From a virus (Duplodnaviria; Caudoviricetes): a stretch of DNA of 56,665 nt. Every line of letters starts with the position of its first letter. Position 1 is the first letter of the stretch. The translations under genes and the position numbers were made by a program. Shown in pieces: positions 29,798 to 38,426 of this stretch. The notes under the pieces are model-generated. The model had not been told where the DNA came from. It ran no database searches and was given only the letters and a program-made list of their open reading frames with translations. The stretch is taken from IMG/VR virus record IMGVR_UViG_3300010370_000044, positions 1-56,665 of that record; one strand, written 5' to 3'.

Positions 29798-30124
29798 ATG
29801 AGAGTTAAACGAACTAAGAAAGATCTCGGAGACTATTCAGATATTAAAGAAAGATTCAGAGAGGTTCGACTTGATCATCGCATGACACAAGTTGAAATGG
29901 GCAAACTTGTTGGACTTACCTCTAGCGCTGTTGGAGCTATCGAACAAGGTTTATACACGCCAAACTTTGCAGTACTCAGAGCGCTAAACCACAGGCTTGG
30001 AGTCAGCTACTCGTATATCATTGACGGCATTAAAGAGAACGGGCACGAGCTGGCTAAAAGGGTAAAGGAACTGGAAGAAGAAAACGCCATGCTCAAAAAG
30101 GTGGTAGCCAAGCTGACCAAGTAG
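29798..30124 (+). CDS. XRE-family HTH repressor
   Basis: MTQVEMGKLVGLTSSAVGAIEQG..P HTH_3 pattern plus C-terminal coiled coil; divergent orientation. Confidence 0.85.
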   Translation: MRVKRTKKDLGDYSDIKERFREVRLDHRMTQVEMGKLVGLTSSAVGAIEQGLYTPNFAVLRALNHRLGVSYSYIIDGIKENGHELAKRVKELEEENAMLKKVVAKLTK

Positions 30125-30317
30125 GGTTGGCCAGTGCTATGCTCAAGTCAATCTTCCGAACATCCCACACATCCCTGTCTGGGTTCTTCTCTAGTCTGGC
30201 AAACTGTACCGGGGACAGGACCAATAAGCAGAACGCCTCGTAGTTAACAAACCCGAGGCGCTCTTCGTTATGGTATATGTGTACCCTGTCTCCGTCAAGG
30301 ACGGATCGTATTCTCAT
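30093..30317 (-). CDS. Hypothetical protein
   Basis: ORF downstream of the integrase. Confidence 0.4.
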   Translation of the reverse strand: MRIRSVLDGDRVHIYHNEERLGFVNYEAFCLLVLSPVQFARLEKNPDRDVWDVRKIDLSIALANPTWSAWLPPF

Positions 30318-30392
30318 AGTGGTTGCAATAATTTGTACACATAGAATGAAAGCATGCAGATCCAAATGATCGCGCCGATGATGATGATTAGT

Positions 30393-31691
30393 TTACGCAT
30401 TTTTAAACATGTTTTGGTAATAGCCTTTGACTTCTGATTTGTGGGTCCGCTCGATCCATCCGATGTATCTGTTGATGGCCTCGGACTTGTGGCCTGATGC
30501 AAAGCGAACGTGATCGATAGACACCCCGTTCTTGATCATCGAAGTGATAGCGGTCTTCCGTAGCATGTGCGGGTGGACCAGCTCGTAGAACTTTTGGGTG
30601 ATGGTGATCTTGTTCCCCCGAGCATCGGGCTTTCTGTACGTGATCGTCTGGTGCATCTCTGGGTAGCGCTGGAAGAACTGACGGAAGTATCTCCGGAAGT
30701 AGTTGATCGGGATGGCATTCACAGGAGTGTACACCGTGCCGTACTTGTTCAGGTTGTACGTATACTTCTCTGCAATCACAGGAGGAAGAGGGAGTGTAGT
30801 GTCTTCGCCCGTCTTGGTGTTCTCGCGCATCATGAACATCTCTCCGTCCACCCAACGGAAGTCAGACTCCCGCAGGTTGATGGCATCGCTGATGCGAAGA
30901 GAGGTGATGATCATGGTGGCGCACACCTCCCACATGAACTTGGTGTTGTTATCCATCTTATCGTATCCACTCTTGGTGATGAATTCGCGTACAAAATACT
31001 CGGGCAGTGTGATGATCGGAGTGTCGTATGATGGTAGCTTCTCTAACTTGGGTAGCTGCATGAACATGGCGTCCTCCCAATACTTGATGATGCCAGCGGT
31101 GATGGTCATGACGTCGCTTCTCGTGTTGATCTGCAGGTCCCAGTCGATCATCCACTTTACAAACTTGTCGAAGTGAGCGGCGTAGTTCTCTGCGATCTCG
31201 CGCTTCTGTCTGAGGTCCTTACCCGTCAGGTCGTACTCGTTCAGCATGATCGTCTTGTGCTTGGTGCAGAACCTGAGGTAGGTGTTGACTGCGAACTGGT
31301 AGGACTTGATGGTGGACTCTCTGAAGGCAGACTTTTGTCGCTTGCTTCGGATGATACCCTTTGATGCCCGTTCAACATATCGCTGGAGCAGTTCAGATAG
31401 AACGTACGTGTCTTCGTCCAAGTCGATCGTTGCGCGTGGCTTTGTGTACTCCGCCTTGACCTGATCGAGGTCCTGATACTTGGCGTATAGCTCGTTGAGT
31501 ATGGCTCGATGGCGGGATATCTCGGCGTTCAGCTCGGCCACCTCTGAAGTTGCTCCCTGAAACTCCTCTCGACTGAGAAGGAACTTGACGTGGTTGGGGA
31601 ACTTGATGCCGGTGGTGAGGCGGATCATGTCCTGCCTGTGATGGACACGGCAGTAGATCGTGTTGCCTCTAGAATAGAAAGAAACCTTCAT
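30393..31691 (-). CDS. int: Tyrosine recombinase / phage integrase (Bacteroidota type)
   Basis: N-terminal IYCRV..RLTTGIK arm-binding pattern; catalytic SLRISD, KT, HMLRKT, GH, RY. Confidence 0.9.
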   Translation of the reverse strand: MKVSFYSRGNTIYCRVHHRQDMIRLTTGIKFPNHVKFLLSREEFQGATSEVAELNAEISRHRAILNELYAKYQDLDQVKAEYTKPRATIDLDEDTYVLSELLQRYVERASKGIIRSKRQKSAFRESTIKSYQFAVNTYLRFCTKHKTIMLNEYDLTGKDLRQKREIAENYAAHFDKFVKWMIDWDLQINTRSDVMTITAGIIKYWEDAMFMQLPKLEKLPSYDTPIITLPEYFVREFITKSGYDKMDNNTKFMWEVCATMIITSLRISDAINLRESDFRWVDGEMFMMRENTKTGEDTTLPLPPVIAEKYTYNLNKYGTVYTPVNAIPINYFRRYFRQFFQRYPEMHQTITYRKPDARGNKITITQKFYELVHPHMLRKTAITSMIKNGVSIDHVRFASGHKSEAINRYIGWIERTHKSEVKGYYQNMFKNA

Positions 31692-31811
31692 GTGTTTAGT
31701 TTTAGAACTCTAAAATAGCGCCAGTCAGTAACCGCTTTTTAAGTAATCAACACAGGTTGGTAAGTAGTACCTTTGATGTGCCAGTTCGGGGGAAAACAAA
31801 GGCGGATCTTG

Positions 31812-32023
31812 GAACACAACAAAACACAGACCCAACACAAAACCCCCGACTAGCACAACGAAAGTGGCACAAACCGACATAACTTATTGATTATCATGTG
31901 TCAATTAACTAATTCACAGTTACGGACTTGACGCGTTGACCACCACAAGATACATACAAATCAATACACTACATAGTTATTCAACATTTTTTTCAACACG
32001 ACTGACACAGGTTCTGACACAAC
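31812..32023. other. Probable attP region
   Basis: Non-coding, next to int; repeated CACAA/GACACA on both sides; IHF-like AATCAATAAGTTA on - strand at ~31880-31892 and AATCAATACACTA at ~31958-31970. Confidence 0.45.
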
Positions 32024-32361
32024 TACTGGCCGATCATTCTGATTACTCCGACGATCTCATCGATGTCATTGATCGCCTTCTCGTCCTCATTCAACTCGGC
32101 GCACAGCGTGTCGTAGATTCGTGCGTACTCTTCGTCTGACTTGTACCTTCCTCGGTGGTAGTCTCGGTAGTAGATCAATGTGCTGTGGTCCTTGCCCATC
32201 AACCGCCCAGCCTCGACCGTGGTTAGGTTGAGGTGGGTTAGGAGGATGTTGCCGATGGCATAGCGCAGGCGGACGATCTCTATATGCCTACGCTTGGTTT
32301 TTCTGATGTCATGGTTGGTGAGTCGCACTCCTGCGTCACATAGTTTTTCAAAGACTTGCAT
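32023..32361 (-). CDS. DnaA C-terminal-like HTH protein
   Basis: KRRHIEIVRLR...GRLMGKDHSTLIY resembles DnaA domain IV (RDHTTV). Confidence 0.7.
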   Translation of the reverse strand: MQVFEKLCDAGVRLTNHDIRKTKRRHIEIVRLRYAIGNILLTHLNLTTVEAGRLMGKDHSTLIYYRDYHRGRYKSDEEYARIYDTLCAELNEDEKAINDIDEIVGVIRMIGQ

Positions 32362-32690
32362 TCGTATTTGTTTATTAGTTCAACAACTGATTCGCACAGC
32401 TCCTCATTTATCAGAAGAAGGCGTTTGACTGCCAAGCTGTTCTTGTCCTCGAGCTTTTCGAGTTCTTCGTTTATCCGCATGAATACTTTTAGTGCGGCCT
32501 GTTTTCTTGTCATAGGGCTGGGTTAAGAGGTTATAGATATACTGATACCACTCATTCTCCGGGAGTGGATGTTCCGGGTAAACGGTTCTAACTTTCATTG
32601 TTAAAGGTTTGGTTGAAGTATTGATCGGCACGAGCTGTCCCTGATCCGAGATGCGTTGCTCCGTCCCTCTGACCGGCAACGTGGGCCGAC

Positions 32691-33020
32691 TTAATTGTCT
32701 CCTCCTCCTCCTTCAGTAACTGGTTCGCTCGGCTGATCAGGTGAGAGAATATCGGGTCCATCTCCCTGATCAATTTTTGTAGTGGTGTTAGCACGATAGA
32801 TAATTTGTAGGACGCTTCCGTCCCAGTTAAAAGATATTGTTTTGGGCTTGTAGATGGCGGACTGGGCCCACCATTGTAGCAAGTATCCGATCTTACCAAA
32901 CTCCACCTTCTCCATCCTGTGGACTACGTCTCCCTCAGGTTTGTATGCGCCGACATGGAATGGGTATAGGGTGAATGGTTGGCGTGACTGGATTGCTTGC
33001 ATGACTTGGTCGAATATCAT
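32691..33020 (-). CDS. Hypothetical protein
   Basis: Coupled ORF in the - strand cluster. Confidence 0.45.
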   Translation of the reverse strand: MIFDQVMQAIQSRQPFTLYPFHVGAYKPEGDVVHRMEKVEFGKIGYLLQWWAQSAIYKPKTISFNWDGSVLQIIYRANTTTKIDQGDGPDILSPDQPSEPVTEGGGGDN

Positions 33021-33223
33021 CGGAATGTGATTTTCTTGTTTAGTTTCTTGGAGAAATGCTTGGTCTTACGTGCGACGTAGTTCTTTATGTGGCTGAGTGG
33101 TAGGCCTGTGAACTTGGCGGCATCGTTTCTCGATTCGAAAACGCCTATCAGTTCTTTTTTTTCTACGTCGTACACCTTAGTCCGAATACCCTCCGTGTGA
33201 AGTCCGATACGTTCTACTCTCAT
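33017..33223 (-). CDS. NUMOD1-like small DNA-binding protein
   Basis: KVYD....LIGVFESRNDAAKFTGL. Confidence 0.6.
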   Translation of the reverse strand: MRVERIGLHTEGIRTKVYDVEKKELIGVFESRNDAAKFTGLPLSHIKNYVARKTKHFSKKLNKKITFR

Positions 33224-33423
33224 AGGAATCTTTTGTGAGTGATGATGATCCCATCGGGCGTTCGCTCTACCACGAACCCGTTCTTCTCTAGCAACTTCAG
33301 TTCCTCCTCAAGTGGCATTGGGATGCCGTCAGTCTTAGAGAATCCTACATTGTCAGGGATCTTGCCTGACTTAGTCTTCTTCACTTTGATAGAAGACTTC
33401 TTGTTGAATGCGTTGTCGTTCAT
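33220..33423 (-). CDS. Hypothetical protein
   Basis: Coupled ORF. Confidence 0.5.
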   Translation of the reverse strand: MNDNAFNKKSSIKVKKTKSGKIPDNVGFSKTDGIPMPLEEELKLLEKNGFVVERTPDGIIITHKRFL

Positions 33424-33428
33424 AGTTT

Positions 33429-33623
33429 TTATTTTTGGTGATACATTTCGGTTACGCGTTGCTTGATTAGATCAAGCCTGTGTACGATGTGAGATAGTTC
33501 GTGCTTCATCAGTTCGTTTCTGATCTTGCGCTCACTCTCTTCCCCCCTTTGGAAATTACTAGGGTCGTCACTCATTTGATAATACCAGTCGTGTTCAGCG
33601 AGCATGGAGATAATGTCCTTCAT
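33429..33623 (-). CDS. Small phage protein (HDWYY.MSDD type)
   Basis: LAEHDWYYQMSDD..FQRG motif common in phage early genes. Confidence 0.6.
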   Translation of the reverse strand: MKDIISMLAEHDWYYQMSDDPSNFQRGEESERKIRNELMKHELSHIVHRLDLIKQRVTEMYHQK

Positions 33624-33640
33624 ATGTTTGATTGTTGATT

Positions 33641-33674
33641 AAAAAAGAAGCCCCCGTGATCCAAGTTCGGGGGC
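33641..33674 (-). terminator. Intrinsic terminator
   Basis: GCCCCCG...CGGGGGC stem followed by TTCTTTTTT on the - strand. Confidence 0.7.
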
Positions 33675-34002
33675 GTTGCACCTCAGATTATTGTCCTCGG
33701 CGCGACGGACTAAGTATATGCAACCCATTCGCAGTTGTACGTGTTCTCCTCCAACGAATCGGTCTCCCAGTAGGTGACAATCGGTGGCTCGGATGGGATG
33801 GATACGTCAACGTAGATGGTATAGCCGTTTGCCTCTATGTAGAGGGACTCAGCGGATGAAACTTTCAAGTTCATGGTAGTGTTTTTGGATTAAGAAATTG
33901 ACTTCCTTCTCCGCCTCAAGACCTGAATTCATCTTGGCAAGTAGATGCTTGGCATACTGGCGGATCACCTCGTCGGGGTGGTACTTGCTGATGTGTTTGA
34001 CT

Positions 34003-34188
34003 TTAGTCCACATTGTCTTCCGATTTAGAGATGATGCCGTATCGCAATGGCTCGGTCGCGTCCTCCTCATTTTCAAAAGTCACGACCATCGGCCAAATGC
34101 GGTCTTCGGAATAAGGGAATAGTTCGAACGAGATGTCGAGGTTCTCTAACTCCCGAACATCTGATGGGGTGTGGATGAGGTATTGCAT
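34003..34188 (-). CDS. Small acidic hypothetical protein
   Basis: 61 aa with AAACCC-type leader. Confidence 0.5.
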   Translation of the reverse strand: MQYLIHTPSDVRELENLDISFELFPYSEDRIWPMVVTFENEEDATEPLRYGIISKSEDNVD

Positions 34189-34684
34189 GGTTAAGGGTTT
34201 ACGTTAACGATGTAGTTCTTGTAGCCGGACGATAGATTTAGTTCCGCCCCAGTCTGCAATGACGCATTCATCTTTGTCCTTGTATCCAAGGAATAAGAAT
34301 GGTTTGCCATTGAATGTGACGTTCTGACCACACTTGAATCCCCAATATTTGTGGGGGTGGATCAGTCGGATGTCTTCTCTTTCTATTCGCATATTGATAA
34401 GGTTTATACAATACAAGGTCTATATCCCTTGGACTGGGATAGTCTGCCCCTTTGCTTGCAGTTCGGGGGTTCATAGCCCAATCATGCATCCCCATATCCA
34501 AGGGAGAGCGGTCTTCTTGCGAAGTCCAAGGTCTCGGGTTGTCACCTTGAAGACATTGCCCGAACTTTCGTACCGCTCCTATCATCTCCCGAACGGCGGA
34601 CTTACCATTCGGTTAAGCATGAAGGACAATTACCTTTCATTTGGCGTGCCACTGCGCTTGCCTCGGATGAAACCTGTTAAGACC

Positions 34685-34800
34685 GAAAAAGAAAGCCCCC
34701 GATGAAGGGGGCTATTAAAAATCCCCCAATGGTCGCATCAAAGGGGGAAACAGGTAAATAAAGTCTGATGTCCCCGACTTCGTATGCGACACGTCATCGG
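34685..34800 (-). ncRNA. Candidate ~115-nt sRNA with two hairpins with complementary 7-nt loops, plus terminator
   Basis: Promoter at 34806-34853; loops GTCGCAT and ATGCGAC; terminator AGCCCCC-TTCATC-GGGGGCT-TTCTTTTT. Confidence 0.55.
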
Positions 34801-34805
34801 AAGGA

Positions 34806-34853
34806 GCAAAGGTCAAAACACTACTTTAGATAGTCCAGAAAAAGAGGGGGTGA
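34806..34853 (-). promoter_or_regulatory. Promoter, TCA-CCCCC-N35-TTTGC class
   Basis: Exact spacing shared with + strand late promoters. Confidence 0.55.
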
Positions 34854-34861
34854 TATTTGGG

Positions 34862-35155
34862 CTACTTGTTGAGCCATTGTTTGTATTCGTTTATGTATCT
34901 ATCGGGAATCTTTAATCCGTCTTCGAACTGAATAGGAAGTTCGCCATTGGTTGGGTATACATATTCACCCTCAATGATGCCATCTATCGAATTCCCTTTA
35001 TACCTCCTAAGACCTACCCTTTGGTTGGTTTCGGGATTGAAATTTAAGGTGTCTGAAAAATCAACATCTACAATGTCATCATCATCGATGGTTTCAATTG
35101 TCCATTCGTAGCCGACATAATTTACTCTCATTGGATTAGGGTTTATGGTTATCAA
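34862..35155 (-). CDS. Hypothetical acidic early protein
   Basis: 97-aa ORF. Confidence 0.55.
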   Translation of the reverse strand: MITINPNPMRVNYVGYEWTIETIDDDDIVDVDFSDTLNFNPETNQRVGLRRYKGNSIDGIIEGEYVYPTNGELPIQFEDGLKIPDRYINEYKQWLNK

Positions 35156-35529
35156 TAGTCATCATCGTACCGCTCTTCCCACTCGGATCGGGGGCGGATA
35201 GACTGGCCTGCCCAGTTATAGCACTTACCACAATTGCAGTAGACGAGTCCATCACTATCGGCGTACATCTCCAACTCAAGACCACACTCGCATTCGCATA
35301 CTCGTGGATGTGTTACCAACCAACTCCAGTCCTTGACATATGGCGGTTGTGTGGTGTTTATCTCTCCAGACATACACTTTTTGTAATTCTCCACCGCCTC
35401 AGGGGGAAGGGACTCTACGTTCCCATCTTTATCGCATGGGAAAGAGTACGCTCTGCCACCTCCTATATCGAATTGAATCTCGTAAGCGGTGTGCAATTCT
35501 TGGTAGGATTCTTTGATAGTTTTAAGCAT
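35152..35529 (-). CDS. Early protein with C-terminal Zn finger
   Basis: CECG...CNCGKC; ATG 15 nt after tRNA-mimic element. Confidence 0.65.
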   Translation of the reverse strand: MLKTIKESYQELHTAYEIQFDIGGGRAYSFPCDKDGNVESLPPEAVENYKKCMSGEINTTQPPYVKDWSWLVTHPRVCECECGLELEMYADSDGLVYCNCGKCYNWAGQSIRPRSEWEERYDDDY

Positions 35530-35544
35530 GGGTGTATAGTTTAG

Positions 35545-35585
35545 GAACTGGTTGTCATCGAAGACCACGGCATATCCGCCAGTTC
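35545..35585 (-). ncRNA. tRNA-mimic element E7 (degenerate)
   Basis: GAACTGG/CCAGTTC stem, CGG-ATATG-CCG, GTC-TTCGAT-GAC. Confidence 0.6.
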
Positions 35586-35592
35586 GGGGGCG

Positions 35593-35787
35593 TTAGTCGT
35601 TATTGTATTCATCCACATACCACTCTGTAATATGAATCAGCCGATCCAGTAACTGGTCTTCTGACTCTTTAGCAAGGGCGATAAAATCATCGTGGGTGAA
35701 CTCGTCCAATTCAGCACCAGTGAATTCTACGATGGCGGAGATGAGTTTCTCTCGGAAGGTTGACGAGGGGAGTGTCTTCTTTTTCAT
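35593..35787 (-). CDS. Small acidic early protein
   Basis: MKKKTL...; flanked by elements E6 and E7. Confidence 0.65.
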   Translation of the reverse strand: MKKKTLPSSTFREKLISAIVEFTGAELDEFTHDDFIALAKESEDQLLDRLIHITEWYVDEYNND

Positions 35788-35806
35788 GGTGTTTAGGTTT
35801 GATGAG

Positions 35807-35850
35807 GAACCGAGGGCAGTATCGCTCTGCCTTAACCACTCTCTCGGTTC
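35807..35850 (-). ncRNA. tRNA-mimic element E6
   Basis: GAACCGAG/CTCGGTTC, linker AGAGTGGTTAA (D-loop-like), GGCAG-AGCGATA-CTGCC. Confidence 0.75.
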
Positions 35851-35858
35851 GGGTTGAA

Positions 35859-36056
35859 TCATAATTCAGATAGCACTTCCGATATTGCAATCTTGACCAA
35901 GTAGTTTTCACGAAGGCCATTGTCAATGAAATAGACTTTCTTAGTGTCTCTACAAACGATTGCAATGGTGCGTCCACCTTCGTTGTCGTCTTCGGTCTCC
36001 CAATAATCTACGTGAGTGTAGTTTTGTTCGTCCGTGTAGTCGGTTCTGATTTCCAT
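35859..36056 (-). CDS. Small acidic early protein
   Basis: MEIRTDY...; flanked by E5 and E6. Confidence 0.65.
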   Translation of the reverse strand: MEIRTDYTDEQNYTHVDYWETEDDNEGGRTIAIVCRDTKKVYFIDNGLRENYLVKIAISEVLSEL

Positions 36057-36076
36057 GTTGATTAGGGTTTGTTGAG

Positions 36077-36122
36077 GAACTGGCCTCGGTGTCGCTCCGA
36101 GATCGGCCGTGCCTACCAGTTC
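36077..36122 (-). ncRNA. tRNA-mimic element E5
   Basis: GAACTGGT/GCCAGTTC, CTCGG-AGCGACA-CCGAG. Confidence 0.75.
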
Positions 36123-36129
36123 GTGGGTG

Positions 36130-36390
36130 TCAGCTATTAACTCGTTCAGCAAATTCCTTTAGCGTGTAGTAGTTGTAAGAATCGGACTCGTATAAATCAG
36201 AAAGCAATTCCTCGGAGCAGTAGAACCGCTCTACTTCTTTGCCGAAATAGACACGCTTGACAAGGTCATCAAGGGTTGGGAATATAATCGCCTCACCATC
36301 CTCAATTAGGACATGGATGGCGTTTCCATTGTTGTCGTGACGGCACTCGTAGGATTCGTCTGCTTTGCGAAGATGTTCGTTGTGTAACAT
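36130..36390 (-). CDS. Small acidic early protein
   Basis: MLHNEH...; flanked by E4 and E5. Confidence 0.65.
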   Translation of the reverse strand: MLHNEHLRKADESYECRHDNNGNAIHVLIEDGEAIIFPTLDDLVKRVYFGKEVERFYCSEELLSDLYESDSYNYYTLKEFAERVNS

Positions 36391-36409
36391 AGGTTTGAGG
36401 TTTGATGAG

Positions 36410-36452
36410 GAACTGCCGAAGGAGTCGAACCTTCGTGAGACCATCGCAGTTC
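36410..36452 (-). ncRNA. tRNA-mimic element E4
   Basis: GAACTGC/GCAGTTC, linker ATGGTCTCAC, GAAGG-TTCGACT-CCTTC. Confidence 0.78.
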
Positions 36453-36529
36453 GGGGGCTTACATGAGGTTATCCGCAAGACACGATAAGAGCATGAGGAT
36501 AATCATGGCGATGATTTGGAATGCACCTT

Positions 36530-36736
36530 TCATGGTTTTGGGTTTAATTGTTTTGAGATTTCATCCTGCGCCCACTGAGGTAGTTCTGATACACTCATGA
36601 CGCTCTCGTTTCCGTAGCAGTCCTCCCAAGCATCATCGTAGTTGTCGTAGATGATGATGTCTCCATTGGGGTAGCATACTACAGACTCGTTTGCTTTGTC
36701 AACCAAGACAAAATCGGTAGGGTTAATTGCTTTCAT
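36530..36736 (-). CDS. Small acidic early protein
   Basis: 68 aa, D/E-rich. Confidence 0.6.
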   Translation of the reverse strand: MKAINPTDFVLVDKANESVVCYPNGDIIIYDNYDDAWEDCYGNESVMSVSELPQWAQDEISKQLNPKP

Positions 36737-36815
36737 GGTTTCTCGTTTAGTTGTTTAATCTCCTCGGCCAGTTGGAGGATGTCGTTGATGGCCTCTTCCC
36801 ATTCGGGAGGTAGTG

Positions 36816-37091
36816 TTACTGAGCGCATAAGTCCCAAGGTTGAAGGTTTTTGATGGAGGTTTCGTCTAGGTCGAACATCTCAAGGATGAAGGAGGCAAGG
36901 TCTTGTCTCGCCTCGTCTCCACGGAGGTCGTTTGTCCCGATCCGATCGGCTACTTGTCCCCCAGTCATTCCGAGGACTCTTCGGCAGAACTTTGCATCCT
37001 GACCGAGGTAAAGAGTGCGACCGAAGGCGGTCAATGTCCAGTCATGCCCGAATCCGTATGGACTAGGGTGGGTTTCGATGATAGGTTTCAT
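36816..37091 (-). CDS. Hypothetical early protein
   Basis: 91 aa, LYLGQDAKFCRRVLG. Confidence 0.6.
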   Translation of the reverse strand: MKPIIETHPSPYGFGHDWTLTAFGRTLYLGQDAKFCRRVLGMTGGQVADRIGTNDLRGDEARQDLASFILEMFDLDETSIKNLQPWDLCAQ

Positions 37092-37096
37092 ATTTC

Positions 37097-37369
37097 TTAG
37101 TTTTTGTTGAATAATTTCTTGAACCCTTTGTACACACCCGATTTGTAGGAGTGTGACTGATGGGCTAGGTGTCGGGCGAGGAAGATGGCGGTGATGGGTG
37201 CGTAGCGCAGTTCGACTTCCTCCATCAGGGCGGAGAAGGTCTTGCCATCCCGAAGGTGGGCGAATACCTCATCTTCCGTGGTGGCAATCGGGTCGTCGAA
37301 CTTGCCATCAATACGCGCTTGGATGTGGGCATCCGCGATGCGCTTGATTTCGGGGGTGATTCTTTTCAT
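37097..37369 (-). CDS. Hypothetical early protein
   Basis: ATG 15 nt after E3. Confidence 0.6.
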   Translation of the reverse strand: MKRITPEIKRIADAHIQARIDGKFDDPIATTEDEVFAHLRDGKTFSALMEEVELRYAPITAIFLARHLAHQSHSYKSGVYKGFKKLFNKN

Positions 37370-37384
37370 TGTGTTAGGTTTAAG

Positions 37385-37432
37385 GAACTGCCTTGGGTCA
37401 CGAACCCAGTGCCATCGGGATGGTGGCAGTTC
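37385..37432 (-). ncRNA. tRNA-mimic element E3
   Basis: GAACTGCC/GGCAGTTC, CCAT-CCCG-ATGG, TGGG-TTCGTGA-CCCA. Confidence 0.75.
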
Positions 37433-37439
37433 GGGGGTG

Positions 37440-37685
37440 TCAGATTTCGACTAGTTCTCCATCCTTCACGATATACTGAAAGTCATCCGTATCCTCCCAC
37501 TCAGTCCAGTAGTAGGCCTCATCCTCGTATGCTTCCTCAAGGGTATCGTATCCCAATTGCTGAGCATATTTGAGTGCATCGGCCTCGTACTTGGCATAGT
37601 AGCATCCATCTCCGAAGCAGTAACCTTCGTTCATTCCTTCGCCAGTGGCATCGCATTGGCGGGCATAGATTTGATTCTCTTGCAT
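37440..37685 (-). CDS. Very acidic Y/E/D-rich early protein
   Basis: YARQCDATGEGMNEGY...YYWTEWED. Confidence 0.65.
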   Translation of the reverse strand: MQENQIYARQCDATGEGMNEGYCFGDGCYYAKYEADALKYAQQLGYDTLEEAYEDEAYYWTEWEDTDDFQYIVKDGELVEI

Positions 37686-37688
37686 AGG

Positions 37689-37841
37689 TTAGTCGTTTAA
37701 TGAGTTAAGGTGGTCAATTTCTTGTTCGTCAAGGTAGATGCAGAGTCCGTTGTCTAACTTGATGTAGTTAGGGCCTACTTCGAAGACCTTCTTGCCAACT
37801 AGCCACTCTGCGGCCTCTTGTGTAATGGTTGTTTTTGTCAT
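37689..37841 (-). CDS. Small early protein
   Basis: MTKTTI...; ATG 14 nt after E2. Confidence 0.6.
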   Translation of the reverse strand: MTKTTITQEAAEWLVGKKVFEVGPNYIKLDNGLCIYLDEQEIDHLNSLND

Positions 37842-37855
37842 GGTAATAGGTTTAG

Positions 37856-37901
37856 GAACTGCGGTCGGTTTCGCTCCGACTTCGGTCACACCTCGCAGTT
37901 C
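37856..37901 (-). ncRNA. tRNA-mimic element E2
   Basis: GAACTGCG/CGCAGTTC, GGT-GTG-ACC, GTCGG-AGCGAAA-CCGAC. Confidence 0.78.
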
Positions 37902-37910
37902 GGGGGGGGG

Positions 37911-38177
37911 TCAGTAACCTTGCAGTTCCATCACCTTCTTTTCATCGGGTGCTGACACCACTTTGGACTTGACCTTGAATTCGATTTCGTAATAAGCGGC
38001 ATCCAAGAACCCTCTAATGTGTTCGTTGAATGTCTCAAGGAATTCCTTGTTTGAAAAGTCAACTCCATCTGCAACCCAATTGTCGCTGACTGAAAGGTCT
38101 AGTTGTAGTTTCCACTTTTGCATAGGTTTAGGGTTTATCGTTTGGGAATATGTTTTGGAATTCTCCAGTCTCTTCAT
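37911..38177 (-). CDS. Hypothetical early protein (true start probably the internal MQKW ATG)
   Basis: WVADGVDF...APDEKKVMELQGY; AAACCCTAAACCT leader before internal ATG. Confidence 0.6.
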   Translation of the reverse strand: MKRLENSKTYSQTINPKPMQKWKLQLDLSVSDNWVADGVDFSNKEFLETFNEHIRGFLDAAYYEIEFKVKSKVVSAPDEKKVMELQGY

Positions 38178-38364
38178 TGAGAGCGATTACAACTGGATGA
38201 ATTGTGGTATCATAGATTTCGATGCGTACTTCATAGCCCTCCTCTTCGGTAAACTTGTGTTTGAGTACGGAGGATACGGAGAACGCATCTCTTCTATATA
38301 CTATTGATTCGCCAGTATTGAATAAAAAAACTCCATTGTGGAAAACACTGATTACGTACTGCAT
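38128..38364 (-). CDS. Hypothetical early protein
   Basis: MQYVISVFHNGVFLFNT..KF.EEEGYEV; ATG 19 nt after E1. Confidence 0.65.
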   Translation of the reverse strand: MQYVISVFHNGVFLFNTGESIVYRRDAFSVSSVLKHKFTEEEGYEVRIEIYDTTIHPVVIALNEETGEFQNIFPNDKP

Positions 38365-38383
38365 AGGTCTAGGTTTTGATAAG

Positions 38384-38426
38384 GAACTGGGAGCGGAATC
38401 GAACCGCTCTACGACCATCCCAGTTC
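38384..38426 (-). ncRNA. tRNA-mimic element E1
   Basis: GAACTGGG/CCCAGTTC, linker ATGGTCGTAG, AGCGG-TTCGATT-CCGCT. Confidence 0.8.

Noticed and set aside
34770-34800. Second hammerhead (CCGATGA...GAAG on the - strand)
   Set aside because: The core deviates from CUGAUGA/GAAA and no stems I/III form; the kissing-loop hairpin explains it better.
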